A DNA stretch of 21,376 nucleotides from Chlamydiia bacterium (GTDB taxonomy: Bacteria; Chlamydiota; Chlamydiia; Chlamydiales; 2-12-FULL-49-11), in the NCBI GenBank assembly GCA_044359535.1, contig JBIKLZ010000017.1, positions 1 through 21,376 on the forward strand. The letters run 5' to 3'. Under the pieces are notes generated by a model, which was given only the letters and a program-made list of their open reading frames with translations, had not been told where the DNA came from and did not search any database. This document shows positions 1-8,022 of the stretch, one piece after another (the first letter of the stretch is position 1; every line of letters starts with the position of its first letter). The translations under genes were made by a program, and so were the position numbers.

Positions 1-293
1 ATTGCAGTACCCAAGTTAGCAGAAGCTTTATCTAAAAAAAGTTTATTATCTGTATCATCTAACGTCACAAGAACTTGACCCTCTTTTACAAGTTCAGTTT
101 CATCACAGTAGACAGCTGTAACATATCCTGGAATTTGAGGGGTTAAGCTCACTAAGTTTCCATTTACATAGGCATCCCTTGTTGAGACCTCAAATCTTCC
201 AAAAAATAACCACCAACAAAAGGTAATCAGAGCTATCACCAAAAGGGCTACAGAAAAAAGGATCAACTGCTTTTTACTTTTCAAGTTCTTCAA
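1..293 (-). CDS. emrA: EmrA/HlyD-family efflux periplasmic adaptor, 5' part (runs off the window edge)
   Basis: Manual translation, absent from the ORF track: KSKKQLILFSVALLVIALITFCWWLFFGRFEVSTRDAYVNGNLVSLTPQIPGYVTAVYCDETELVKEGQVLVTLDDTD. This is one N-terminal TM helix followed by the EmrA-type 'T.DAYV.G...GxV..V...G.VLV.LD' signature. The start is uncertain (TTG at 293 or 284, GTG at 299) and overlaps the upstream stop. Confidence 0.88.
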   Translation of the reverse strand, partial: MKNLKSKKQLILFSVALLVIALITFCWWLFFGRFEVSTRDAYVNGNLVSLTPQIPGYVTAVYCDETELVKEGQVLVTLDDTDNKLFLDKASANLGTA

Positions 294-1710
294 TAGCACC
301 CTCTTTTTCTTTGTACCCACCCCCTAACGCCTTTATAAAAGAAATATAAGCTAGTTTCTTTAAACGCTGCTTTTCAATCATTAAAGTCTTATTCTCTAAA
401 TAGGTCTCGTCATAATCAAGAACAGGGAGCATAGAGGAAATCCCATGAGAAAATTTTAAAAACTCAAGGTCATAGTTATCTTTTGTAAGTTTTACCTTTT
501 CTTCCTGCAAGGTTTCCATCTCTGAAATTTTAATGAAATTTATTACAGAATCAAAAACCTCCTTAGCCGCCTTTAGGAATAGGTCATTGAACTCGTAGAC
601 AGAACTTTCATAAGTCGCAACATTTTTTCTCCATGCTGAAAGAAGTCTTCCTCCAGTAAATAGGGGTTGACTTACCTCTGGAAGGAGTAAATTAGCAAAA
701 GAATCGGGATTAAAAAGTTTTTGTCCTTGTGCTGATAAAAACAATGGGGCGTCCATAAGGGTAACAACAGGTAAAAAATTAGTGACAGCCACCCCCACAT
801 TTAAGGCATTTTTTTTTGTTGTCCATAAAGCCGATAACAAATCAGGTCTTTGAGTAAGTAGGGTTGAGGTGATATTTTTTGGAAGGGTAAGATCCTTCTC
901 AAACGCTTTATGCAAGGCAATTGTCTCCACCTTTGTTTCAGGGTTTCTCCCACATAAAATGTTAATTAAAGATTCTTCAAGTCTGATTTCTGCCCCTATC
1001 ATTGTAAGGGTCTCTTCCACACCCTTTACATTAGCCATAAAGGTATGTTCATCAATTTTACTGTCAATTCGATTTTTCTTTCTCAATTCAACAAGAGAAA
1101 GATATTTTTGCTTTTTTACAAGCATTTGCTCTAACACACTTTTTTTTGCCTTCATTGCCACTAAATTAAAGTAACTTTTTGCAATCGTTGTCGATAAAAT
1201 TAATTTTGCTTCTTCATAGGACAATCGAATGGCTTGAGCACTTCCTAAAGCAGATTTATACTTTTTCATATTTTTTCCCCAAATATCAAATTCGTAGTCA
1301 AAATCAAAGACAAAGTCGAAAATGTTATTTGAAGATTGCATTACAGGAAATAAATTTTGGATAAAATGGGTATCTTTAAAAATCAACCATCCATACTGAA
1401 ATAAGGCTGAAGCTGAAGGAAAAAGAGCAGATCGCACTTCTAAAGCATTTTGATTTGCCTCTTCTACCCTCTTTTGAACCCCTTCAAGCCCTGGATTATT
1501 TGCATAGGCTCCTAAAATAAGACAGGATAAATGGTCATCTTCAAAATCTTGCCACCAATCTGATTGGGGATAATCCCCATCTTTAAACAACTCTGAAGCC
1601 TCTGCTTCAGCAACAATTTTTTCAAGAGAGACACTTTTAGTTGTTTGAACCTTATCAAGCCCGACACAAGAGGAGAGGAAAAGGAAAATTAAAAAATATT
1701 TTTTTCTCAT
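274..1710 (-). CDS. NodT/TolC-family efflux outer-membrane lipoprotein
   Basis: Lipoprotein signal MRKKYFLIFLFLSSC from ATG 1710, preferred to the TTG at 1773. Outer-membrane-factor motifs 'WWQDFED', 'YEFDIWG', 'LLTQRPD', 'PLFTGG' and C-terminal 'KALGGG'. Lies directly upstream of the emrA-like gene. Confidence 0.9.
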   Translation of the reverse strand: MRKKYFLIFLFLSSCVGLDKVQTTKSVSLEKIVAEAEASELFKDGDYPQSDWWQDFEDDHLSCLILGAYANNPGLEGVQKRVEEANQNALEVRSALFPSASALFQYGWLIFKDTHFIQNLFPVMQSSNNIFDFVFDFDYEFDIWGKNMKKYKSALGSAQAIRLSYEEAKLILSTTIAKSYFNLVAMKAKKSVLEQMLVKKQKYLSLVELRKKNRIDSKIDEHTFMANVKGVEETLTMIGAEIRLEESLINILCGRNPETKVETIALHKAFEKDLTLPKNITSTLLTQRPDLLSALWTTKKNALNVGVAVTNFLPVVTLMDAPLFLSAQGQKLFNPDSFANLLLPEVSQPLFTGGRLLSAWRKNVATYESSVYEFNDLFLKAAKEVFDSVINFIKISEMETLQEEKVKLTKDNYDLEFLKFSHGISSMLPVLDYDETYLENKTLMIEKQRLKKLAYISFIKALGGGYKEKEGAIEELEK

Positions 1711-1760
1711 AATTTCCAAATAGAACAAATGAGAAATAAACAAAACAAAATTCGCAATTT

Positions 1761-2678
1761 TTAGACAAAACAAAGCTCTTTCTTACAATTTTTAAAAAGA
1801 ATTTCAAGGACCTTTTTATAAGAAAGGCCATCATGAGCAAACGATTTTGAAAATAAAGAGTTTCTTGTAAATCCTGGTAATGTATTTACTTCATTGAGTA
1901 AAAGTCTTCCATCGTCACTATAAAAAAAATCGACCCGAGCCATTCCCCTGCACCCTAAAACTTTAAATGCCTTTTTGGATATTTCCTTAATGTGATCTAT
2001 GGGAAGGTTTTTAGGAGGAATTATATAAGTAGCTCCCCCTTCCGTGTATTTGCTTTCATAGGTAAAATGTGAAAAGTGAGGGGAAATTTCCCCAGGTGTA
2101 GAAGTAAGAAGTTTCCCCTCGTCTTGTAAAACACTACACCAAATTTCTCTACCGACAATCCACTCTTCTACAAGGGCCTTTTTTCCTAGGCTAAAGACAT
2201 CTTCAAGTGGATCCTTTATATTTTCTCTTACTAAATGGACACCAAATGTAGATCCAAGAGAGGTGGCCTTGATCACACATGGGGTAGAAATGTGAGCATT
2301 TAAAGCCTCTTTTAAGCTGTAATAGGTTGTAAAAGGGACAACGTCAATTCCATGAGTCTGCAGGATTCTTTTAGTGAGATCCTTATCCATGCAAACAGCT
2401 GATGATGTGACATCTGAACCGACATAAGGGATCTGATTTAGTTCTAAAAATCCTTGCAAAATCCCATCTTCACCAGGGCTTCCATGAATCATTGGAATCA
2501 CAACATCACATTTTTTTAGATATGAGATGACATCCTCAACAGGCTTTTGATCCACAAACCAAGAGCCCTCTTTATCAAGATAGATTTCCATCCCAGGAAA
2601 TTCCCTTAAAATATCCTTACCACTTTTAATTGAAACTTCATGCTCTAATGAATTTCCACCAAAAATAACCCCAATCAT
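1761..2678 (-). CDS. ddl: D-alanine--D-alanine ligase (standalone, DdlB size)
   Basis: Motifs GGNSLEHEVS, HGSPGEDGILQG, PYVGS, CMDK, YESKY, ARVDF and EVNTLPGFT. SD-like AAGGGG lies upstream of ATG 2678. Confidence 0.95.
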   Translation of the reverse strand: MIGVIFGGNSLEHEVSIKSGKDILREFPGMEIYLDKEGSWFVDQKPVEDVISYLKKCDVVIPMIHGSPGEDGILQGFLELNQIPYVGSDVTSSAVCMDKDLTKRILQTHGIDVVPFTTYYSLKEALNAHISTPCVIKATSLGSTFGVHLVRENIKDPLEDVFSLGKKALVEEWIVGREIWCSVLQDEGKLLTSTPGEISPHFSHFTYESKYTEGGATYIIPPKNLPIDHIKEISKKAFKVLGCRGMARVDFFYSDDGRLLLNEVNTLPGFTRNSLFSKSFAHDGLSYKKVLEILFKNCKKELCFV

Positions 2679-2749
2679 ACCGTCCCCTTTTTTTTACGAG
2701 TATAAATGGAAAAAGAATTTATATGTTAATACTTATAAATAAATTTTTC

Positions 2750-2778
2750 TTGATTTTATTTTCACACAGATTTAATAT
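2750..2778 (+). promoter_or_regulatory. Putative sigma70/sigma66 promoter of tsaC (possibly leaderless)
   Basis: TTGATT(2750-2755)-17 nt-TAATAT(2773-2778), then 6 nt to ATG 2785; no SD. Confidence 0.4.
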
Positions 2779-2784
2779 TTATTC

Positions 2785-3318
2785 ATGAATTTTTCTATAC
2801 AATCTTATTTAAAAAATGGAGGGGTCCTTCTTCACCCCACAGATACTGTTTTTGCCCTTTCCTGCTCGATTGATTCTGAAAAAGGGTATCATAAAATATA
2901 TGAGTTAAAAAAACGGGGTTTTAAAAAACCTTTAGGGATTTTATTATCTTCTATAGAAGAAATTTCAAATTTTACAACCTTGAATCAAGATGAAATAGAA
3001 AAGATGCACCCCTTCCTAAAAGAAGGGAACACACTTTTACTTCCCATTCATCGGCAACTTCCAAAACATCTTTTAGCCCAAAGTGATTTTATAGGTGTTA
3101 GAGTCCCAAATCATCTTCAAACAAAAGAGCTGATACAAACTGTGGGCCCCCTTGTAGCCACATCAGCAAATATTTCAGGCCAAGAGCCTATCACGTCAAC
3201 AGAACAAGCAAAAGTGCTTTTTACCGATATCCATATCCTAGAAGGACAACTTGGATCAAATAAACCCTCAACCATTTTAAAGTACACCCCAGATGGGTAT
3301 GTTTTGATTAGGTCATAA
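2785..3318 (+). CDS. tsaC: L-threonylcarbamoyladenylate synthase (YrdC/Sua5 family)
   Basis: Motifs PTDTVFAL, KKRGFKKPL (KxR..KP), GVRVP, ATSANISG and PST; single YrdC-domain length. Confidence 0.92.
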   Translation: MNFSIQSYLKNGGVLLHPTDTVFALSCSIDSEKGYHKIYELKKRGFKKPLGILLSSIEEISNFTTLNQDEIEKMHPFLKEGNTLLLPIHRQLPKHLLAQSDFIGVRVPNHLQTKELIQTVGPLVATSANISGQEPITSTEQAKVLFTDIHILEGQLGSNKPSTILKYTPDGYVLIRS

Positions 3319-3350
3319 ATCTAACCCTTTCAAAATCTTGATCCTTTTTA

Positions 3351-4835
3351 TTAGTTCCACCCTTTCATTGTATCAATCACATGAAAAGGATCTACATTTC
3401 CTTTTTCTATACCCTGATTAAGTTGTGTTGTTTTTTTTGAATATTGACCCTGAGGTAAAGCATCGGATAAAACACTCTCTGCTACCTTTAAAAGCGCTTG
3501 CGATAGACTCAACGTCCCATTTTTTAACTCAGTGTGTGCCAAAACTCTTATCGCCTCTACTTTTTTAGGGAGTTTTCTCCCTGGATTAAATAGATTTTTG
3601 TAAAGATCAGGGTGCTGATCTTCCCTATCTTCTTTTAATGAACCCACTATAGCTTTTAAAGCAACGATTACAGCTTGCCTCTGTGTCTCATTATCATAAA
3701 AAGTATCTACATTTAACGTTTCACCACTTGGATCTTTCATAGCCAACAGATGCGTTATCCATATCACCGATCCATTTAATCTCCCAGATTGCTCATTATT
3801 AACCCTTTTTACACCCTTTGCTTCAACTGCTTTTTGAACTGTTTGCTTCCCCTCTAAATGGGTTTTCAATCCTTGAAAATATGAAAATCTAACCCATTTA
3901 TGCGCCTGCTGCTCAGCTTCAGGGTCGTCATGATTTTTTAAGCCACTTTTAAAATGTTCTCTTTTTTTTGTATCATTATAAACACATTTTTCAAAATACT
4001 TACCATACACATTTATTAAAAAGTCTAAATTGATAAAATTAGGGGAAAAGGACTGTAGAGTCATTTTTTCATCAGAAAGACTACCAATTAAATAGTTAAT
4101 TACATTATTTGCATAATTTGAATAAAAATCCTTTTCAGTTTTATCTAATTGAGTTTGAGGTTCGATCAAATCAGGAATGAAGCTTTTTTGTTTTGCATAA
4201 AAATCATCCATCATATCTAAAAATAGACCCTTAGCTCTATCAAATAAAGGGTCTAACTGAAGATAAAGAGACTCTTGAATCTGATTTTTATCTGACTTTA
4301 GCCATGGAACTTTTTTGGGGTAAAATATTTTAAACACCTCTTTTATGATAGATCTATCTTTGCAACCCAGCTGTAAATGTTGCTGATAATCAAAGCTTTT
4401 TAGTAAGCTGTCCAATCGATATTTTAGAAAACATTGTATGCGTAATTCATCCGATAATTCATAAATAAGCCCCTTTACATGTGGAAAATAAAGATAATGA
4501 TGATACTCTCTACGAACAAAAAATCTAAAAACATCTAAAGCTGCTTTATACTTGTCATCGCTTTCTCCTTTTGGAAAAAATTGTTTAAATTTGTCCAAAA
4601 AATAATCATGAAATGTTTCGACCTCCAAAGGCTGTTTAAAGGTTCCGTTAACATTTAAATTTAGCATTGCATACATTACAATACAAGAAATCGCATGTTG
4701 TTCTAAACAATTAACTAAAGCATCTGGAAGATCTCTTTCTACCTCTTGAATATAGACTCCTTCTTCACTGCGTACTTCAACTTTTGGAGTAAGAGCATTT
4801 AAAGAACAGGGATTTAGGACAAAAGGAAGAAACAA
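3351..4835 (-). CDS. Hypothetical protein, 3' remnant of an IS-interrupted gene
   Basis: 494-codon ORF with no motif I recognise. The frame stays open beyond the TTG at 4835 up to the IS end, so this TTG is probably not the ancestral start. Confidence 0.6.
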   Translation of the reverse strand: MFLPFVLNPCSLNALTPKVEVRSEEGVYIQEVERDLPDALVNCLEQHAISCIVMYAMLNLNVNGTFKQPLEVETFHDYFLDKFKQFFPKGESDDKYKAALDVFRFFVRREYHHYLYFPHVKGLIYELSDELRIQCFLKYRLDSLLKSFDYQQHLQLGCKDRSIIKEVFKIFYPKKVPWLKSDKNQIQESLYLQLDPLFDRAKGLFLDMMDDFYAKQKSFIPDLIEPQTQLDKTEKDFYSNYANNVINYLIGSLSDEKMTLQSFSPNFINLDFLINVYGKYFEKCVYNDTKKREHFKSGLKNHDDPEAEQQAHKWVRFSYFQGLKTHLEGKQTVQKAVEAKGVKRVNNEQSGRLNGSVIWITHLLAMKDPSGETLNVDTFYDNETQRQAVIVALKAIVGSLKEDREDQHPDLYKNLFNPGRKLPKKVEAIRVLAHTELKNGTLSLSQALLKVAESVLSDALPQGQYSKKTTQLNQGIEKGNVDPFHVIDTMKGWN

Positions 4836-4924
4836 GGATTCTCCAGAAGAGGAAACAATTGAATAAAAAGGGACATTTCCACAGCTAGCTACAATGACCG
4901 GTTCTTTTTTTACATTAATTACTT

Positions 4925-4933
4925 TTTCTGAAG
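4925..4933. repeat. Target-site duplication, left copy (TTTCTGAAG)
   Basis: Identical 9-mer at 6001-6009; each copy abuts a terminal IR. Confidence 0.95.
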
Positions 4934-4952
4934 GGGTGTGTTTCCTAATTCA
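4934..4952. repeat. IS terminal inverted repeat (downstream of transposase)
   Basis: Exact reverse complement of 5982-6000. Confidence 0.95.
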
Positions 4953-4997
4953 ATAGGAAGACCCTATACCCATTTTATACAGTGGAGCAAGTATCGC

Positions 4998-5894
4998 TTA
5001 TGCAACTTTTAATTTATTCAATATACTTGATTTAAGAGCAATTTCTACGTCTTGATTTTGTTGATTTCTACTTTGAAGAGCAGGTCCAAAAAGTCTTTTC
5101 CAACGTGCTATTGCGCTTTCTACTGTAACTCTTTTATTATACCCTGAAAATTTACTCCATATGGATCTTGCGATCGAATCATTTCCTAACATTTTGATAT
5201 CTAGGATGGCTTTATTTCTCTCTGCAAGCCAAGGCTCTTTTCTGAGTTTAGCATTTTTTTGTGGAGGGGTCATAAGATGTATTTTTTTCTCACTAAACAT
5301 TTTATACAACCAGCTTTTATCCCCAACCCCGTCTATCAAGAATCTTTTCACTCCTTTGCGTGTTTGAATAAGTTCTGGGATATAGGTCGTATCAGGTTTG
5401 TATTCCCTTGTGATTTTAGAAAACACAATTTCTTGATTGTCAGGGTTTATAGCTAAATGTAACTTCCTCCATGTTCTTTTAGCTCCGATGCCATGCTTTT
5501 TTCGTTTCCATTCACCTTCGCCATATACCTTTAAACCCGTTGAATCAAGAACTATATCAGTAATTTTCACACCCTTTTTTAAATGTGTCGGAAGAACAAT
5601 TTTTTGCATTCTTTTGCATACCCCAGAATAACCTGGCACTTTAAGGAGAAACTCTAGGTTGGAAAAAAGAGACTTTAAAAAACCTTCAGTAGCTCGCAGT
5701 GGTAATTTAAATAGATACCGAATGGTTGCAAAAAAAGTAATAGCCTCATCTGAAAATTGAAAAGGTCTTCCGCTTTTGCCAGTTTGCTTAGCGGTCCATT
5801 TAGAAAGAGCTTCTTCGTCCAACCAAAAATTAATACTCCCACGATTAACTAGAGATTTGTTATACTTCTTCCAATCACGATATGTCTTTTGCAT
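4998..5894 (-). CDS. IS5-family DDE transposase
   Basis: N-terminal 'WKKYNKSLVNRGSINFW', 'LPLRATEG', 'DSTGLKVYGEGEW', 'WRKLHL', second Asp in 'DGVGD', and the Y-2-R-3-E-6-K motif 'YNKRVTVESAIARWK'. Confidence 0.95.
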   Translation of the reverse strand: MQKTYRDWKKYNKSLVNRGSINFWLDEEALSKWTAKQTGKSGRPFQFSDEAITFFATIRYLFKLPLRATEGFLKSLFSNLEFLLKVPGYSGVCKRMQKIVLPTHLKKGVKITDIVLDSTGLKVYGEGEWKRKKHGIGAKRTWRKLHLAINPDNQEIVFSKITREYKPDTTYIPELIQTRKGVKRFLIDGVGDKSWLYKMFSEKKIHLMTPPQKNAKLRKEPWLAERNKAILDIKMLGNDSIARSIWSKFSGYNKRVTVESAIARWKRLFGPALQSRNQQNQDVEIALKSSILNKLKVA

Positions 5895-5917
5895 GAGATT
5901 CCCCTTTGTTTTTCAAA

Positions 5918-5948
5918 ATTTTAGGATATCTCATGCGTTTCTTGTCAA
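5918..5948 (-). promoter_or_regulatory. Putative transposase promoter
   Basis: Minus strand TTGACA(5948-5943)-19 nt-TAAAAT(5923-5918); the spacer is longer than optimal. Confidence 0.45.
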
Positions 5949-5981
5949 TCAAGAAAAATTTTAGATTTTATATTCTTTTGA

Positions 5982-6000
5982 TGAATTAGGAAACACACCC
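5982..6000. repeat. IS terminal inverted repeat (upstream of transposase)
   Basis: TGAATTAGGAAACACACCC, exact reverse complement of 4934-4952. Confidence 0.95.
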
Positions 6001-6009
6001 TTTCTGAAG
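6001..6009. repeat. Target-site duplication, right copy (TTTCTGAAG)
   Basis: Identical to 4925-4933. Confidence 0.95.
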
Positions 6010-6063
6010 GGTGATTATCAAAAATAATTCTCATCTTTTTTTATTCCATTTAATTTTTGAAGA

Positions 6064-6093
6064 ATAATAGCATAAAAGAACCATATTTAGCAA
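6064..6093 (-). promoter_or_regulatory. Putative promoter of the IS-interrupted gene
   Basis: Minus strand TTGCTA(6093-6088)-18 nt-TATTAT(6069-6064) with an extended -10 TGn, about 30 nt before ATG 6034. Confidence 0.35.
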
Positions 6094-6269
6094 TAAATAG
6101 AAAAACCTTTAATAACCTCTATTCGTTTTTTGCCTTTCCCTTTCCTTTAATCCATTTCCCTGATACCCTTTTTTTCGATTCGTTTTTTTTTCAAATAAAT
6201 AAAATAAAAAAAACTTTTCAATATATACCCCTTGAATTAAAATAAAAATTTACAACAAAAGGAATTCTT

Positions 6270-6701
6270 ATGTCAAAAAAAGCTCAAATTGGAGATACAG
6301 TCCATGTTCACTATAAAGGGACTCTTGAAGACGGATCTGTCTTTGATACCTCTTATGATCGAAAGGATCCTTTAAAGTTCAAACTGGGTCAAAAAGAGGT
6401 GATTGAGGGATTTGAAAAAGCCTGTTTAGAAATGAAAATTGGTGAAAAAAAGGAAATTAAAATCCCCCCTAAAGAGGCTTATGGTGAATTTTCTCCTGAA
6501 CTTGTCCAAGAAGTAGAAAAAAAGTTTTTTCCTAAGGATATTGAACTTGTTTTAGGGCAAGAGTTTATGATTGGTGGGAGTGAATTTCAAACAATGGCTA
6601 AAATCATAAAAATTGAAGGGGAAAATGTCACTTTGGATGCAAACCCTGCACTTGCTGGAAAAACGTTGAATTTTGCAATTGAACTTGTAGATATCACCTA
6701 A
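6270..6701 (+). CDS. FKBP-type peptidyl-prolyl cis-trans isomerase (SlyD/FkpB-like, with insert-in-flap domain, no His-rich tail)
   Basis: Motifs GDTVHVHYKGTLEDGSVFDTS, IEGFE, IPPKEAYG and LAGKTLNF; SD AAGGA. Confidence 0.92.
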   Translation: MSKKAQIGDTVHVHYKGTLEDGSVFDTSYDRKDPLKFKLGQKEVIEGFEKACLEMKIGEKKEIKIPPKEAYGEFSPELVQEVEKKFFPKDIELVLGQEFMIGGSEFQTMAKIIKIEGENVTLDANPALAGKTLNFAIELVDIT

Positions 6702-6714
6702 GATTTATTATACT
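6685..6714 (+). promoter_or_regulatory. Putative promoter of tsaD (possibly leaderless)
   Basis: TTGTAG(6685-6690)-18 nt-TATACT(6709-6714), then 6 nt to ATG 6721; no SD. Confidence 0.4.
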
Positions 6715-6720
6715 TGTTTC

Positions 6721-7764
6721 ATGATAACTTTAGGCATTGAAACAAGTTGTGATGAAACAGCTGCAAGTATTTACGATGGGACACACATCCTTTCAAATAT
6801 TGTTCTCTCTCAGATAGAGCACCATAAACAGTTTGGAGGGGTTCTTCCAGAGCTTGCGGCTCGACGCCACTTGGATCACCTTTTAGAAGTTATCGATAGA
6901 GCTTTAAAACAAGCAGGTCTTTCCAAAAAAGAGATTGAATTAATTGCTGTGGCCTCTTCTCCAGGGCTTATTGGAGCGCTCCTCATGGGGGTAAATTGCG
7001 CCAAGGGGCTTAGTGTTTCTTTAAACGTCCCTGTAATTGCCGTCAACCATGTTGAGGCCCACCTGTTTGCAAATTTTATAGACATATCCAACAACATCCC
7101 CTTCCCAGCTCTTGGTTTGATTGTTTCAGGGGGGCACACAGCCCTTCTTTTAATGAAAGATATAAATGAAAGTTATATTTTAGGAAACACTGTAGACGAT
7201 GCTATTGGTGAATGTTTTGATAAAGTGGCAAGGATGTTAGATCTTCCCTACCCAGGGGGACCGGAAATTGAAAAACTAGCAAGATATGGCGATCCAAAAT
7301 CCTTTTCATTTACACCGCCAAGGGTAAAAAATGCTCCCTACAACTTCTCTTTTTCGGGTTTAAAAACTAAGGTTTTATACACTTTATATGGGGAAGGGGG
7401 CAAGTTAGACAGCCCTATTATTCCTCAATCCTCATACAAAGATATTGCAGCCTCCTTTCAATATGCCGCTTTTACCTCTTTAGTTCAGATTTGCAAAAAA
7501 GCTATAGGGGAGTTTAATGTGAAGTCCCTCCTTGTTGGAGGGGGTGTAAGTTGTAGCAATACTTTGAAAGAAATGTTTGAGCAACAGATTCACCCACACA
7601 CCCCTGTTTTTTTTCCAAAAAAAGAATTGACCCTTGATAATGCGGCAATGATTGCCGCCCTTGGATTTCATAGATTTAAAATAAAGGGCCCCTCCCCCCT
7701 TGATTTTAGCGCTTCCCCCTCTTCAAAAAAAACCCCCTTTGATTTTTGCAAAAATTTTTCTTGA
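6721..7764 (+). CDS. tsaD: tRNA N6-adenosine threonylcarbamoyltransferase
   Basis: Motifs LGIETSCDET, GGVLPELAARRH, HVEAH, VSGGHT, DDAIGECFDK, FSFSGLKT and DNAAMIA. Confidence 0.97.
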   Translation: MITLGIETSCDETAASIYDGTHILSNIVLSQIEHHKQFGGVLPELAARRHLDHLLEVIDRALKQAGLSKKEIELIAVASSPGLIGALLMGVNCAKGLSVSLNVPVIAVNHVEAHLFANFIDISNNIPFPALGLIVSGGHTALLLMKDINESYILGNTVDDAIGECFDKVARMLDLPYPGGPEIEKLARYGDPKSFSFTPPRVKNAPYNFSFSGLKTKVLYTLYGEGGKLDSPIIPQSSYKDIAASFQYAAFTSLVQICKKAIGEFNVKSLLVGGGVSCSNTLKEMFEQQIHPHTPVFFPKKELTLDNAAMIAALGFHRFKIKGPSPLDFSASPSSKKTPFDFCKNFS

Positions 7765-7856
7765 ATAAAAACCTAACCTATGAGATAAAGAAACTCTTGT
7801 TTAGAATAGTGGATAAATGTATACTTGCATCAGATTTTTAAATAAAGGATTACACA

Positions 7857-8018
7857 ATGGCAAAAAAGAAATCACGTCAAATCATCACTTTAGAGAGCAC
7901 TGAAAGCAAGTTTAGAACAACAACAGTAAAAAACCCGAAGAACACCACTTCGAGATTAGAGCTGATGAAGTACGATCCAACGCTTCGAAAGCATGTAATG
8001 TTTAAAGAGAAAAAGTAA
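7857..8018 (+). CDS. rpmG: 50S ribosomal protein L33 (53 aa, Cys-free type)
   Basis: Manual translation [60 protein letters not shown]; below the ORF-track size cutoff. Confidence 0.96.
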   Translation: MAKKKSRQIITLESTESKFRTTTVKNPKNTTSRLELMKYDPTLRKHVMFKEKK

Positions 8019-8022
8019 ATAA

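Larger units (their letters stand above)
4934..6000 (-). mobile_element. Complete insertion sequence, IS5 family, IS903 group (1067 bp)
   Basis: Perfect 19-bp terminal IRs GGGTGTGTTTCCTAATTCA (4934-4952 and 5982-6000), 9-bp direct repeats and a single DDE transposase. Size and TSD length fit the IS903 group. Confidence 0.96.
3351..6034 (-). pseudogene. 535-aa orphan gene split by an IS5-family insertion at codons ~9-12
   Basis: Removing 4934-6009 (the IS plus one TSD copy) joins ATG 6034-6032 in frame: MRIIFDNHPSEKVINVKKEPVIVASCGNVPFYSIVSSSGESLFLPFVLNP... A GGA lies upstream of the ATG, and an in-frame stop at 6043-6041 fixes the start. Confidence 0.85.

Noticed and set aside
1711-1773. ORF-track N-terminal extensions (also rnr 13043, dcd 15572 and the membrane protein 20494)
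   Set aside because: Downstream ATGs fit better with the signal peptide, SD or promoter position, and family length.
1761-2678. Van-type D-Ala-D-Lac resistance ligase
   Set aside because: The omega loop keeps YxxKY, and no vanH/vanX-like genes are nearby.
4349-4375. 'QLGCKDRS' in the orphan protein resembling a CX5R/KDR phosphatase loop
   Set aside because: The Cys is only 3 residues from the Arg and the catalytic position holds Gln; no supporting flanking motifs.
6113-6123. 11-mer TAACCTCTATT identical to 19018-19028
   Set aside because: A single short AT-rich match with no start codon at SD distance here; chance cannot be excluded.
6057-6245. 62-aa ORF in the intergenic region before the FKBP gene
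   Set aside because: TTG start and Phe/Lys-rich translation of A/T runs; more likely a divergent promoter region.
6630-6665. FKBP motif DANPALAG instead of the usual NHPLAG
   Set aside because: A local substitution with the frame intact; no functional claim can be supported from it.
7742-7755. Perfect 14-bp palindrome ATTTTTGCAAAAAT at the end of tsaD
   Set aside because: It lies within coding sequence, is made of A/T runs, has no loop, and is plausible by chance.
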